From contig CDMY01001028.1 of NCBI GenBank assembly GCA_001179505.1, positions 158,928 through 222,927 of the forward strand: 64,000 nucleotides of DNA. Reading direction: 5' to 3'. A program made the position numbers and the translations under genes. The DNA comes from Vitrella brassicaformis CCMP3155 (lineage: Eukaryota > Protista > Chromerida). Positions 36,305-49,400 of this stretch are shown piece after piece. The notes below the pieces were generated by a model. The model did no database searches, was not told where the DNA came from, and saw nothing but the letters and a program-made list of their open reading frames with translations. The number at the start of each line of letters is the position of its first letter. Positions within the stretch are counted from its first letter, which is position 1.

Positions 36305-38768
36305 TTACGATGGTCTTCTCGGCCGTCGTTGAGCTGCTGCGTCGTGTCTCAGAATGTTGATCTCGGAAATATAAAACGTAGACAGCGATCGATCGATCTG
36401 CAGACACGAGGACAGCACCCAATGGTAGCGAAGGAAGTAATGTTTGTTGTCGTTGGCGTCTCACCTGGCTTAGCAGATCTTCATCCCGCAGGAATATGGC
36501 GTGGTCTTCGATAAACGAGACATCCAAATATAAAACGTAGGCGGCGATTGACAACAACCTGCACACAAAACACTCGGAGAAGTGTCATCAACTGACTGAC
36601 TCACTGATGTCACTATCTCACCTCTGTTGCCTGCGATCACGCCGAAGCTCATACATCAGGCGCAAAAAGAGGCCATCCATGTCCACGCCGCCTTGCCGAG
36701 CTCGATAGCGTCGCTGTAGGTTGGCCGCCCTGACCTCCCAGAGGCCATCGCCTACCCTCGTCCACCACTCCCACTCGTCGGGTGTGGGGTTGTAGTGCCA
36801 GCCCTCCTTGGCCGGACCGCCGTAGCTCACCACCTTGGCGTGTCCCCACTTGTACGGCACGTGGTCGGCGGGGATGTTGCTGCCGTACATCATGGGCGGG
36901 TGGGCCGGGGGCGGGGAGAGCAGATGTGGTGCTCGTGTGCTGGGGTGGGGTGGGGTGGGTCGTGTATGTGTGTCGGGCTGGGTGTGGTGGGGATGTCGGG
37001 TGTGGGCTGCCTTGATATCCGGCAGGAGGACGGCCTTCTGGCGTGTGGCTGGTGGTGGGATGGGGGGCTCGGGGTTGGAGGGCGGCTCGGGTCGTGACGC
37101 GTACGCATCGATCGGCACCTCTGCAGGCTGGGGGCTTGGCGGCGGTAGTACGGGTGGCTCTGCTGGTGCTGGTGACTCTGGTGAGTCGGGCATGGCGCGA
37201 TACGACGCCGGGGAGGCGCCAATCTCCCCTGACGCCGTGTCACTGCCGCAATCGTCAGCACCACCTGACACACACGACACATACAGACAGACAGACACAG
37301 AGAGGGAAAGAGGCATGTGGGATGGATAGATGGATGGATGGATGGATGGATGCCACACACACACACAACTCATACAGTACACGTGACTCACCCGCAGCAG
37401 CAGCAGCAACATGGCCAGTCGTCTCCAACGACTTCTCACTCATCGGTGGCAGGGCGACGGGCACCTGCAGGCTGGTGCCGTTCTCCGTGGCCTGCCTGAC
37501 CTGCTCCAGCTCCAGCAGCTGCAGGGCGCGGACCAGCTGGTCTTCTGAGTCTGCGATGGTCCCCCTCTCGCTCTGTCTGCGCCGCAATCCCTTGGCCGCG
37601 GCGCCTCCCACGATCTGCTGCCACTGGCTCAACCACTCGAGCCCCGGGAACGCTGTGAGGACTTCCTCGGGGCGTACATATGGGCTCGCCGAGAAGGTCT
37701 TTGCGGCAGTCGAGTGGCCGGCCGTCTTGGGTGATGATGGTGGCCGTGTAGTGATCCAAGTCGGCCAGCAGCAGCTCCTGGGCCGCCTTATCCGCCTCAT
37801 CCTCCTCAGCTGCTCCCAGCGCCTCGGCGTCCCTGATGGCGGTCTCCACCTGCCATTCCGCGCTCATGACGGAGCTCATGGCCCTGGCGATGCCGGTGAC
37901 GATGGTCGGCTCCTCGAGCATGAGAGCTTCCGACTTGCCCTCACCCACCAGCAGCCCCTCCGCCCTCAGCTCCTGCCGTGTTCTCTTGAGGCCGGCATTG
38001 ATGCGACCAACGGCTCTCGCGGCCTCCTCGTCCGCCTCGTCGTCGATCGGCCCCTTCATGGCCACCCAGAGCTCCGGCGACACGTGCCAGGGCGTGCACC
38101 CCTCGGGATACTGCCCTTGGGCGGCTTGGGCGGCCTTGTCCAGGGGCAGCACGACGACGTGGGGGCCCAAGTAGGCTGGTGGTGGCGGTGAGGGGAGGGA
38201 GGCGGGAGGGGTGGGGGCGAGGGTGTTGGCCAAGTCCAACAGCACCGTGCCGGCGGCCGTGTCGGACTGCTGCAGCTCACTGCTGGAGCTCTGAAGGGCA
38301 TCCTTGGAGAGCATGACGTTGTGGTGGAAATGGTCGATGCAGAGTGCGCGGCGAATGGCGAGTCTGTGGGCTTTGGCGGTGCACAGGAGGGCATTGGTGA
38401 GCATGCTGACGCTCTCCAGCACCATCTGCCTCACCATCCTCAGCAGCTGCGGGTCGACCGCCTCCCTCGCCTTGTTGGCCAGACACACAGCGACGTTCAG
38501 CCGCTCCTTCCGATTGCTCAACTCGACAAACTCGTGCTCTTTATCAGCACCAACTACATATCAATCAGAAACAAGGAGAAATGAGGACCTCAGGCATGTG
38601 CGCATCTGTGTGGGGTGTGGAAGCAAGCTCACTCTTCACTAGCGGCATGGCTATGCACAGGGCCGGGATGGCATCCCCTCTCGTGTTGGTGTAGGTGGCG
38701 GGCGCCTGCGGGTCCACCTCGGCGGCGTAGAGCTTGACGAATGGAGGCTGGCCGCCGAATTGGCGCAT
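36305..38768 (-). CDS. Hypothetical protein with an internal frameshift near 37700
   Basis: ATG 38768, then a long exon (RKERLNVAVCLANKAREAVDPQLLRMVRQ...). The coding-like frame switches near 37690 (RPEEVLTAFPGLEWLSQWQQIVG...), followed by a Pro-rich exon and WHYNPTPDEWEWWTRVG. The 3' end is at 36618, or at 36305 if further spliced. Confidence 0.6.
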
Positions 38769-39244
38769 GCGACCAGCCTCCACGCTCAGCACCTACCAAG
38801 CTTCGCAACTCGCGATGAGGGCTCTCTGTTGGCGAGGAATGAGAGGATGAGGAGGATGTGGCTGGAGAGGAATAGAGAAGGATGTATTCTTTTCATCGTA
38901 GTTTATTTCGAAAGGAAATTTGTCTCCCGTCTCCCATTTCTCGCCGCATCCTCTCCGTTTGCGGCCTTACATGCATAGGGCTAGCTGCAGGGCTGGCTTT
39001 GGATCGGATTCCGCTTGTATTGTCCAGCAGTGACCGTCAGACGCTCAATTCCTGAGCTCCTGAGCTCGCACACTCAGGGAGTTCCTCTAGGCTTGGTGCG
39101 GCTGCGATCTTGAAGCTGTGGACGCGGTGACGGCCTCGCAGCATATATTGGTGAGACCAGCCGAGAGGGATGGCTGAGATGTCGGCACGTGTGTGTATGT
39201 GCGCCGTGCAGGGTCACTGGTTGAAGATCTTGTAGCAGCTCAAG

Positions 39245-42200
39245 ATGAACGAAGGGGATGAGGCGGTGAGGCCATCCATTCTCAGACACTCATCACGCAG
39301 CAAGATGCCTGAGTCTGGCTCTGTGCTGTCAGGTTATCGTCCCCGAGCCTCCAACTGCCGGGCAGCCCAATACCTCTGCATGGCGGCGTGCATCAGGTGG
39401 GTCGGATACACGTGCACCATCTTCACGTACATGACGGCCCATCCATTCGTTTGTATGTGTGCTGTGCTGTCCGTCGTCATGTGTGTGCAGCAGGCCCAGA
39501 GCGATACTGGCCTGAGCAGGTACGTTTCGTCAGTGGAACGGCCATCAACATGGAGCACGTCTGGCGGCTGCTCGAGAAGAAGAGCAACGGAGCGGTCAAC
39601 AATGCGCCAGGTCGCATCTTCGAGACCATGTGGCACAACGGACAGGAGTTCCGGCATCTGAAGCTGCCACTCCAGCAGGTGGGCACGCAGACCAGACGCC
39701 CGTGTGCACGTGTGTGTGTGTATATCTGTGTATGTGTTGTTCAGGAGCGAGCTGAAGTGATTGCCAACATAGCGCTGGACCTGGTCGCTCACCAAAAGGC
39801 GTTCTACATGAAGGTGTCGGCCACGCGGATGAAGGACATCGTTGCCGAGATGCTGCTGCAAGAGGACGAGCTGCTCGAGACCATCAAGATCACCGACACG
39901 GATCACCCCGCCTACAAGGACCGATCGGAGCAGAAGAAGGGGCACTACGGCTGCATGGCCATAGCAAAGAAAGAGATCGGCAAATACACTGCCATCGGTG
40001 ACCCCACCCCCACCTTCAGCCACCCAGCGCCGCACTCGCGAAGTGTCCGTCAATGTGTGTGTGTGTGTGTGTATGTGGCTTGGTCAGGTTTGTACGGCGG
40101 CGACTTGATCCCCGACGACGACAATAACCCATACCGGCAGAAGGTCCTCCGGTCGGAGGGCTGGAGCCAGTACTACTCCTACTCGGTGACGGCCTATCGG
40201 ACGGGCAAGGGGGCGGGCACTCATCAGGTGGGAGCGGCCAAGCGGGGCAAGGGACGGCGCGGGAAGAGCAACAGGCCATCAGTCGACACGGACGACGAGG
40301 GCAATGACGACGACGATGGTGGGGACAACATCTTCGAGCTCGACCCAAAGGATGCGCAGCCACACAGGTGAGTCGGTCACGCCGACGGGGTCGATGTGTG
40401 TCTGTGTTTGTATGTGTGTATGTATGTGTGTCAGGGATGATGAATGACCCTCGTTTCACGCGCAAGAAGGCCAACGTGGTGGTCCTGCCGTGCCAATACT
40501 ACGGCATCCCGCTCATCTGCCACGTCACTCTGGAGGATGTAGCCGAAGGGGAGGTAGGTGCTCACTCACCAGCCAACAAAGGCACGCCGACAGAGGGATG
40601 GGTGGATGCTGCATGCATCCATGTTCAGGAGTTGCTAGTGAGGTATGGGTCTAGCTTCTGGGACCCTATAGACCAACAAAACAAGCAACAGGTGGGCTCG
40701 CCAAACATGCATTCGGATGGGGGTGATTGTTATGTTGCACATGCGGCCTCTCAGTTGCGCGAGTACAAGGTGAGGGACGAGATGCAGCAGGAGCGCTTCA
40801 TCGAGGTCAAGAAGGAAAAGGGAGGTGAGGGGAATAGCCAGCACGCCACAGCACACACGTCGCTGGGTTGGCATACTTGGATGAATGGATGGATGGATGG
40901 ATGTGCATGCAGAGTCGGAACAGCAGGAACAGCAGCTACGAGGCCAGCTCGCCGACAGGGATCGACAGGTGGCAGATCTAAAGCAGCAGCTCGCCGCCGC
41001 TCTGCAGGGAAATGCCAGTCGAGAAGGTGGCTAGCCGGATGCCAATGATCGATCCATTTGTCTATCTGCGTATATGTGAATGTGTGCGTTTCAGGTGACC
41101 AGGGTGGACAGCCGCTGGATGGGGCGCGTCAGGATGTGCAGGCGGTAAGGGAGACGACATGCTTCATCCATTCGTCACCCTGATCGAGTCCACGAATGAT
41201 TGTGTTGTGTGCAGCCCCTCGTTGCCGTCAAGCAGGAGCCCATCGACAGTCCCCCGATGCGTGCGGCCCCTGACCCGAACATCCCGCCATTTGGTAACAC
41301 ATGCTTTCGTCGAATATTCGGCTATGCTGGCCATCTCATCTTTGTACGTCAAGGTGTTGCGGGCGGCCTGCCTCCCTCTCCTCACCCAGACCCCATCCCT
41401 CACCTCCCCACCGCCGCTCCCATCGCCCCCTCATACACCGGGCCAGCTGTAGCCTATCCCTTCACCGCCCCTGCCTTCTTCCCAGCCGACCACCGCATGT
41501 CCGATGAGGCGCTCGGCGGGAAGCGCAAGCGTGCTGGGGAGGGTAAGGGAGTGTCTGACGGTGCGCTGGGCGACGATGACGAGGGTTTGCCGTATGTCAA
41601 GAGGCCACCTCCCTCTGAGAGTCGGTCTGGTGAGGAGGAGAAGGTCGACCCTGGTGATCTGTTCGACAGCATCCCGGTGGACGAGGATGGGCAGCTCTGG
41701 TCGGTGGGCTCGATCGGCCATCCTGAGGGGAGGTGCCATCCCTGCAACTACGTGCGGGCGCCGGGGGGGTGTCGGCATGGCGTGAAATGCCAGGATTGCC
41801 ACCTCAAGCACCCACCCAAGTGGCGAAAGGAGGTGCTCCGCCGCAGACTCGCGGCCCTCGACAAGGAGCGGCACCCTGATGTAGCGGCCGAGGTGAGTGC
41901 TCGAGATAGCCAGATAGACAGACCGACAAGACACATCCTCTCACTGATCGATTAATGTGTTGGTCAACGTTCGTGTCTGTGTGTGTGCAGCTGACGCCCA
42001 TGTTGGAGGAGATGGTGACCAAGAAGAAGTACGATCGCGCACTCGGCCTGCTGCAGGAGGCAGAGGGGATGACGGCCGGTCCAGGGCAACCACAGGCGCG
42101 GCAACATAGTACCGGGTATGCACTTGAATTGCAGACAAACCAACACCATGCGACAAAAGTGATCACCCGAATGCACTGCACTCTCCCGGCTGTGTGTTTG

Positions 42201-42839
42201 ATTTGTCAGTCCTTCGTCATCGGGCATGAGCAGCAGCAGCAGCACACCATTCGTCGCGTCGGGTGCATATGCCCAACCGCAGCAGCAGCAGCAGGCCTAT
42301 GATGGTGCCGCTGCGGGTCCCGGTGTGCCGGCGATGCACGGCCCCTCGACTGCCATGAAGATGGGCATGGTTGGCGGCCCTAGATTCCCACGCCCAGGCG
42401 CCTCTGGGACGGGGGCACACGGACATGGATTCGCGACAGACATGTGAGGAGGACGCTCACACAGAACGGGCAAGTACCTGTGGTGTGGATCCTCTCTGTA
42501 TCTGCGTGTGTGTATGTGGCTGGCCATCCTTCTCTTGTCAGGTATTTCGGCGGTGCTGGCGGTGGTGGTGGCATGATGTCGATGAGTGCGGGAGGGGGCA
42601 GCATGTCTGTCGGCAGCAGTGGCATGGGCATGGGTGGCGGCCGCTCCCCCATGTACGGCGCAAGCACGATGGCCCCCCCGTGGCGCACGCAGCCCGGCCC
42701 AGGTCAGCGGCAGGGCACCAGGCCCTTCATGAGCCCCCACACCGTGGGTGGCAACCTGGGGAGTATGGCTGGTCCGGGCTGGCAGGGGTGGAACGGGGGA
42801 GGGATGCACGGTGTGGGGTGGCCACGTGAGGGCAGATAG
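39245..42839 (+). CDS. SET-domain protein with CCCH-type zinc finger and Gly/Met-rich tail
   Basis: YGCMAIAKKEIGKYTAI|GLYGGDLI (SET N-part), GMMNDPR...ANV...HVTLEDVAEGE|ELLVRYGSSFW (SET C-part), and later SVGSIGHPEGRCHPCNYVRAPGGCRHGVKCQDCHLKH. That these belong to one transcript is inferred from phase-compatible splice sites. Confidence 0.75.
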
Positions 42840-43451
42840 ATGGACGTTGCCGACAGACAGAATTATTCTGGCTGCATGTGACGCAAAGGGGATAGGTGAA
42901 TGCAAGACATGTGCGTTTTTGACCCTTTTGTGTCGCTTTCGTGTGTGTCATGCATGCTGCGTGCAGTGTCTTGATTGATGGACACGTGTACGTACCTCAA
43001 TCGATTATTTGTACATCAACTGGTACAGCGAGTCGGCATCGTCACACGAACACACATAACTGAGATTTCATTCATTGTTCCGGATGCGCGTGACTGGATA
43101 TACAGAGAGACCTGGAGGATGACCGCCACGCCAAGTGCATGAATGCACTCACTGAGGTAGAGGTAGAGGGAAGTACACGCGACGAGATCCTATATGTATG
43201 TATGTATGTACACGCGACGGATTGATACACCAACTGAATGTCGGTATGCAGAAGGGAATGAGATTTATACATGCATACATGCAACGAATTCGATGAGGGG
43301 GGCAAAAAGCCATAAAGGCTGCCTACAGGCGACACCAACACCCACACACGACAGCAAAGCTCTTAAACCCAGCACCATGATAGATATCATGCCGTATTCG
43401 ACCGCACCACTGCCCCACCCCTCCACACACCCACAGTGGGTCGATCTGTTG

Positions 43452-46400
43452 TCACGAGAATATGGCGTTGGTCCAGCTGGTGAAGACCTGCCGGCACAGT
43501 GGGCACTCGGGCGGCTGCAGGTTCTGTGCACATTGCTGGCAGATGCAGAAGTGGCCGCACGGCTGCAGCACCACCGACCTCTCCGTCTCCTGGCACACTT
43601 GACACTCGATGGCCTCCTCTCGTGCCCTCTGGTTGCTCTGCTGCATTTGCTGACGCAACTCGGCCTCTCGCTTCTGCTGGGCCGCCTGCTGAGCCCGGCG
43701 CTCGAGTGACTGCAGCTGGGGCAGTTCTGTGCTCATGATGGCCGTCTGGCGGTCCGCCAGCTGCATAGCGAAGCCGCTGAGCTCGTCTGCAGTGGTCAGT
43801 CCATTGAAGGTCTCGGTCAACCTGAATTATACACCATACCACATCACATCACTGGTGTTGCCTTGCTCTGTGAGTGGGTACTGACTGGTCGATCTGGTTG
43901 CTCCGCAGCTGATATATGTCGGCCTGCAGCGCACGATTGGCCTCGCCAAGGCTGACAGACACAATGGGAGATGAGCGTCATGGCGTTCTGTCAAGGTGTG
44001 CGTCAGCTGCCTGTCGCGCACCTGGCAGTCTCCTCTCTTAGCGATGCGTTCTCCTGTCTGAGTGACGCCTCCCTCTCCGCAGCAGCACTGACAGGTAAGG
44101 AAACAAACATGAGTCCAATTCATTGCTTTGTGGGTCAGTGAATGTTTTATGTCTGGCTGACCTTTTATGTCTGTCCAAGTGTTGTTGCAGCTGCCCCATC
44201 TCGCCTCCTTCTGCTCGCGGAGAGACCTCTCGCGATCGATCTCACTGAACACACACAGACATGTAAAGTGCCTTGTGCTTGCCTGTTTGATGTGCGCACC
44301 TGGTGAGCCGCTGGTGCTGTTGGCCGAGCTGCTGGCGGTGGACCTCATTGGCCTTCTTCATATCGGCCTGGAGCCGCTCGTTGGCCGCCAGGGTGTCGGC
44401 GACGGTCTGCTCGCCGGCCGCCTGAGCCTCACGCAAACTGCATACAACACCAACACCAACACAACAACAAAAGAGCACAAAGCCAAGTGGATGGATATTG
44501 ATGTCTGCGTACTGCTCAATCTCTCGACGCGCGGCCAGCGACTCATGCCTGCAGGCAGACATCGGTGATAAATCTAACCCTCTTTCTCCTCTTCTCTCCC
44601 TCTCTTCTCTCACCGCAGGGCTTTGATCTGCTGGTCCCTGCGCATCAACTCAGCAGCAAACCTGACAAACGTGCGCAAAGACACCACAGCACCCTCTTCC
44701 CTTCCCCTTCGGTCAACTGCCTAGTCTACCTCCCACCTGGCCCGCATCGCCTCAGTCTCGCCTCCAACACTCACACGCCCGTCGTCACGATGCCCCGCCG
44801 CCCCTCCATCGGTCTCCACGTCCACCTGGCCAGCCAGGCGCTCATCACCACCCCAACGACGGTCACCCACAGCACCAAACTCACGCCCACCACCGGGCAG
44901 CGGGGGCATGGGGGCGGTCGTCAGAGCCTGAGGAACTAGAGACCCACTGGCAGCGCTCATGGCAGCAGCAGCGGCACCAGCAGCGACAGCTGGGACATGA
45001 AGGAGGCTGCTGGACGGCTCGCTGTCCACAAGCTTAAAACCACCATCCGCCTCTCCTCCCTCACGCACAGGTGCGCTGCCGTCCGCCAGAGGACATGGCG
45101 GTGCTGCGGTCGATGGGGCAGCCCGTGGTCCCTTGTTCTTGGGTCGTCGCTTCTTCTTGGCCTTCTTGCCGCCCTCGCCCTGCTGCTGCTGGTCGTCACT
45201 ATCGTCAGACACCTGCTCGCCGATGGACGCAGGAGGTCCTTCTCGTTTCTTCGGGCCGCCGCCTCCTCAGCGGCCATTTTAGCACTGGCGACATCGTCGG
45301 TCTTCTTATCGGCCTGGCGCTTCATGCGTCGCTCCTGCAGGGCCTTTTGCTTCTGCTTGACCTCCAGTCTCTCACGCAGCTGCTCGCGCACCAATTCACA
45401 GCGGCTCTTGGGCTGGCCGTCGACGGGGGGCTCCTTGCCTGCGACAAATCTCTGAAGCGCTTCTGACATAAGAATGCCATCCCATGTATGCGGAATGTGT
45501 CTGCGTCTGGTGCTGCTGTTCATACCTATATCCCTGAGCACTTCTGCCCTTGCCGCGGTGTTCTTGTTGATTTACTCGTTGACGCGGGCGATCTTGGCGT
45601 CGATGCTGTCGATGTCCCCCTCCTCGGCCTTGGACAGAGCGGCCTTGTCCCTCTGCCCCTCGAGGTCGCTGAGCTTGGTCTGCAGCGTCGCCAGCAGGCT
45701 GTCAATGACGGCAACCCGCTTCTGCTTCTCACACAAAGCCTGAATGATAATCGCACAGTAGTCGGCAACAGACGATCCGCAGCGTGTGATCTCGTGTACC
45801 GCTAGATGCACAGTCTCCTGCTCCTGGCCCAGGCTGATGGCCTCTGACCACAACACAACGAACGAGATAATGCATATGTGTGACTTTGCGCATTTCCCCC
45901 TTCTCAGCCCACTCACCATTAAGGGCGGTGCGTGCTTCATCGACATCCTTTTGACTGATGTAGTTGACGGCAGGGTCGTCCTTGAGAGCCTCGAGCTGTC
46001 CCACGCACTCGCCATACATGGCCAGGTCAGCCGCCGTCACAGAGCAGGGGTCTTGGAAGCGGGATGCTAAGACGGGGCGTCGGCTGTCGCAGGATACGCT
46101 GTTGATGTACAGGGTCAGCAGTGTGGGGGCCTTGTGGATGACCGTCTGGAGCCACGTGAGTGGGCGCCTTGTATTGTAGGACCGCACCAGGACCTCACAG
46201 AGGTGCTTGGGGAGATTCGATGAGGGCTCGACATAGAGCTCCTCGGACACGGAGCTGAGATCTAAACAGACAGGTGGCAGGCAAGTGGGAAGAGGGAGGA
46301 AGTGGCGGTAGTCTACCTAGTGGGCTCACCTGTCACGATGACTGGCTCTTTGTAGGCGTATTTCACTTCTTCCTTCTTGTTGATCTCTTCGATCACGCCG

Positions 46401-49400
46401 ATCAAGAAGCGATCAGAGGCGCTGACAGAAGTGAATGGCACATCTGCATCGTACCACAGGCACAACCGCATAGTCGCACAAGCTGACTTGCCATCTCTGC
46501 ACATTCACGTACTTGTGAGGTCCAGAACAAACGACGGATTGCTTCTGATCTCCTTCTCCTCTGCCCGCAGCCTCTCCTCCCTCCTCTCCCGTGCCGCCAT
46601 CCGTCGGTCCTCCTCAGCTGCGTCAGCCGCCGGCGGCAGGCGGGCGTCATCGGCCGCCCACTGACGCTCCTTGACACCAGTGCGGCTCGGAGCTCACTCT
46701 CACGCTTCTCATCGGCCCTGGTGACGGCACCATGCACCAATGACTCAAAGTTGTCACTCGACAGGAACTGCTGGCTGACGAGCTGGCCCAGCGGCACAGA
46801 TGCTACCGATTGAACACATATGAAGCAGACCCATGTACGCGAAGCTTGCTAGTGGCTTCACGTACATATGAGAGAGAGGCGCGATAGTGTGAGGTCCTTC
46901 AATACGAAGTGGAGGAAGGACGCAGTTCTGATTGCGCTGGCAGCCAGACCTAGGTTCCTGAGTTGACACACACAGTCAGCTGCGTACACCTCGTAGACAC
47001 ACGGGTGTCTGTGGCCTACCTGAGAGTGCGCCGGTTGGGGTTGGTCCTGAGGCCAGCCGTCGCGGCAGATCTGACTGTATCCTCAACGGTGCGCAGCGAC
47101 AGCTCGCCAACCGAAGCGAAGGACAGCTGGATCTCCTCACACGCAATGGTGCCGAAGAGGCGCTCCAGCACTGTCTGCAGACAAGAAAGATGCCACCAGA
47201 AAATGTATCTCTCACTGTGATTAGTGCTTTCCAGACCTGCAGTTGATCGTGTTGATTGGCTTCGTTGCCAGACGTGGTCAAGACAGCATCCGACAGCTCC
47301 AGATATTCGAACGACTTGCCACACAGGCCCTGCAGGCGATACGGCACACAAATACAGCCAAAACTGTCCTTGGTTTCCCTTGTTTTTCGACGGCCCGACC
47401 CACCTCGAGTAAGTTTACACAGCACTTGAACGACACATGACATGATAAGATTGTCATCCGCCTGTATGCATACATCAAACGGCCTCAGTGAATGCTCCGT
47501 TTCTCGTTTCTCGTACGCCGATACCCGAGCTCGGCGAAGGATCTTTCTTTCGTGTCGTCCCCCGCGTTGGCCGTCTGCCCCTCCTCTGTCGTCGCCTGTC
47601 CATCCCCCTCCGAGTCTGCCGGTACGGCAGCCGACGATGTGCTGGGCATGTGCGTCACGTCACGCGATGATGACGGTGGTGGGGAGGAAATGCTGCTGCT
47701 GCTGCTGCTGCTGCCGTCGTCCTTGCCGTCTCCTTCGGGCTTGGCCTTGAGCAGAGCACTCAACCGGTCGGCAAAGGCAGGGATCAGGTGTCCGCGGACC
47801 AGATACAGCACGGCAAGTGAGGGCAGGTGGCCAATGGCATTGGCGAGCCGGGTGCACTCGTCATCGGGCACCTCGCGCAAATCCACATCTGAGCGGTACA
47901 CAAAACAAACGGCAAGGTGCGCGTTCTGTTGCGACAGCCTTACCGGTCAGGCTCAGTGCAATGAGATGGTCGGCCTCCTCGAGGAAGCCGATGAGGTCGC
48001 TGATGTCATCAGCGGTCAATGAGCACTCCCAGCGGATCGACAATGTCAACATCATACCGGTTGAATACCTGATGGCAAAGATGACACCGTGAACATGAGT
48101 GAATAGCTGTCCGTCATGTCTTGTCATCGACGTACCTCGCCAATGCCGCCGCCAGCCGACAGTGATTGCTGACTTTGATCCATGCCTCTGGCGCCAGCAG
48201 CTCGCGATTGGCATACGATGAGATGCGGTCCGTCGAGCGGACGGGACACAGCCTAATACCAGCCAGCACGAAGTCGCCATGGAGTGCAGGTGCGTCTGTA
48301 TGTCGGTATGTGTTTGAATGACTGTTTACGCGTCTAGCAGACTTCGACACGAGACCGCCAGCACAGCGACGCGTGCAGGCCTGAACTTCAACGGCCCAAC
48401 AAGCCGATAGACGGTGTGGAGGACTCGCTTGTCCGACAAACACCGCACCATGGGATTCTGACAGAAACAGACAGCACATGTGAGAGGTCTGCCGTACATG
48501 TTCGCTCTCTCTGTACGCACCTGCTTGTTCTGCTGCCGTGCGGCCTCTCTCTGCGGGTCCTGCAGCGATGAGACCCACCGATCGATCGCCACCTGCTTCA
48601 AGGAACACACACAGCGGCAAGCGGTGATCGATCGGTTTATGTACGGCAGACTTTGCGGCGGCGAAAGTTGTCGAAGAAATACATTATCTCCGCAATCTGC
48701 AGCCATGCACACAGGTGAAGAGACTTGTGGGCTTGCATGTTGCTGGCACTGAATCGCAATTCACTCACATCCTGTGTGAGGCTGTCGTGTGACGCCGCAA
48801 TGGGTGGCACGGACAGGGCAGAGATGTCCACCTGCAAATGAAGGGCGTCACACAGCAGCAGACACGCAAAGATGACCGCGGATTCGGTAATCGTTTGACC
48901 TTGCTGACCTGCAGAACACTTTCGACGATAGGATTGTCTTTGGCCTTGCCGCTGATCAGCTCCCGATCCCAATAGCTGCACAAATGGAGACAATTCACTC
49001 GGTGCACTCAAGACATGAGGGATAGACACACCTGGCAAGGCTGCCCAGGATATGAAGCACGCTGCTGATGGTGGTGCCGCCGCGAGAGACGGATGCCAGA
49101 CATTCAGTGTCTTGTGTCACAACACTCAACAGGTGGGAGCACATGAGCTCGGCCAGGCCCTCACACGATGCATACTGAGGAAAAGCGAAGACACCGAGGG
49201 CTAACACAGTGACGCATCCACTGTGGTGTTTGCTGACTGACCGAGTTACGAGCAAGTATGAGACCGAGCAGACGGATCGAAGGTCCGAGAGCACGGATCA
49301 GAAGAGGGGTCATTGACGCAGGTGTGTATCGGTGGGTGTGGATGACGCTCAACGTCGCCGAGAGGAAGCCCGCCTGCACGAGGCGCTCGCAGTAGCCCGA

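Noticed and set aside
37653-37662. 10-nt micro-intron (gtcctcacag) that would repair the frameshift
   Set aside because: It is far below the size of every other intron here (mostly more than 30 nt, usually 50-150), and the donor context is poor.
37043-38191. Long plus-strand ORF (382 aa) and similar long ORFs at 34696-35376(-), 39334-40053(-) and 14072-14788(+)
   Set aside because: These are antisense or alternate-frame shadows of GC-rich coding exons, with no motifs and composition typical of off-frame translation.
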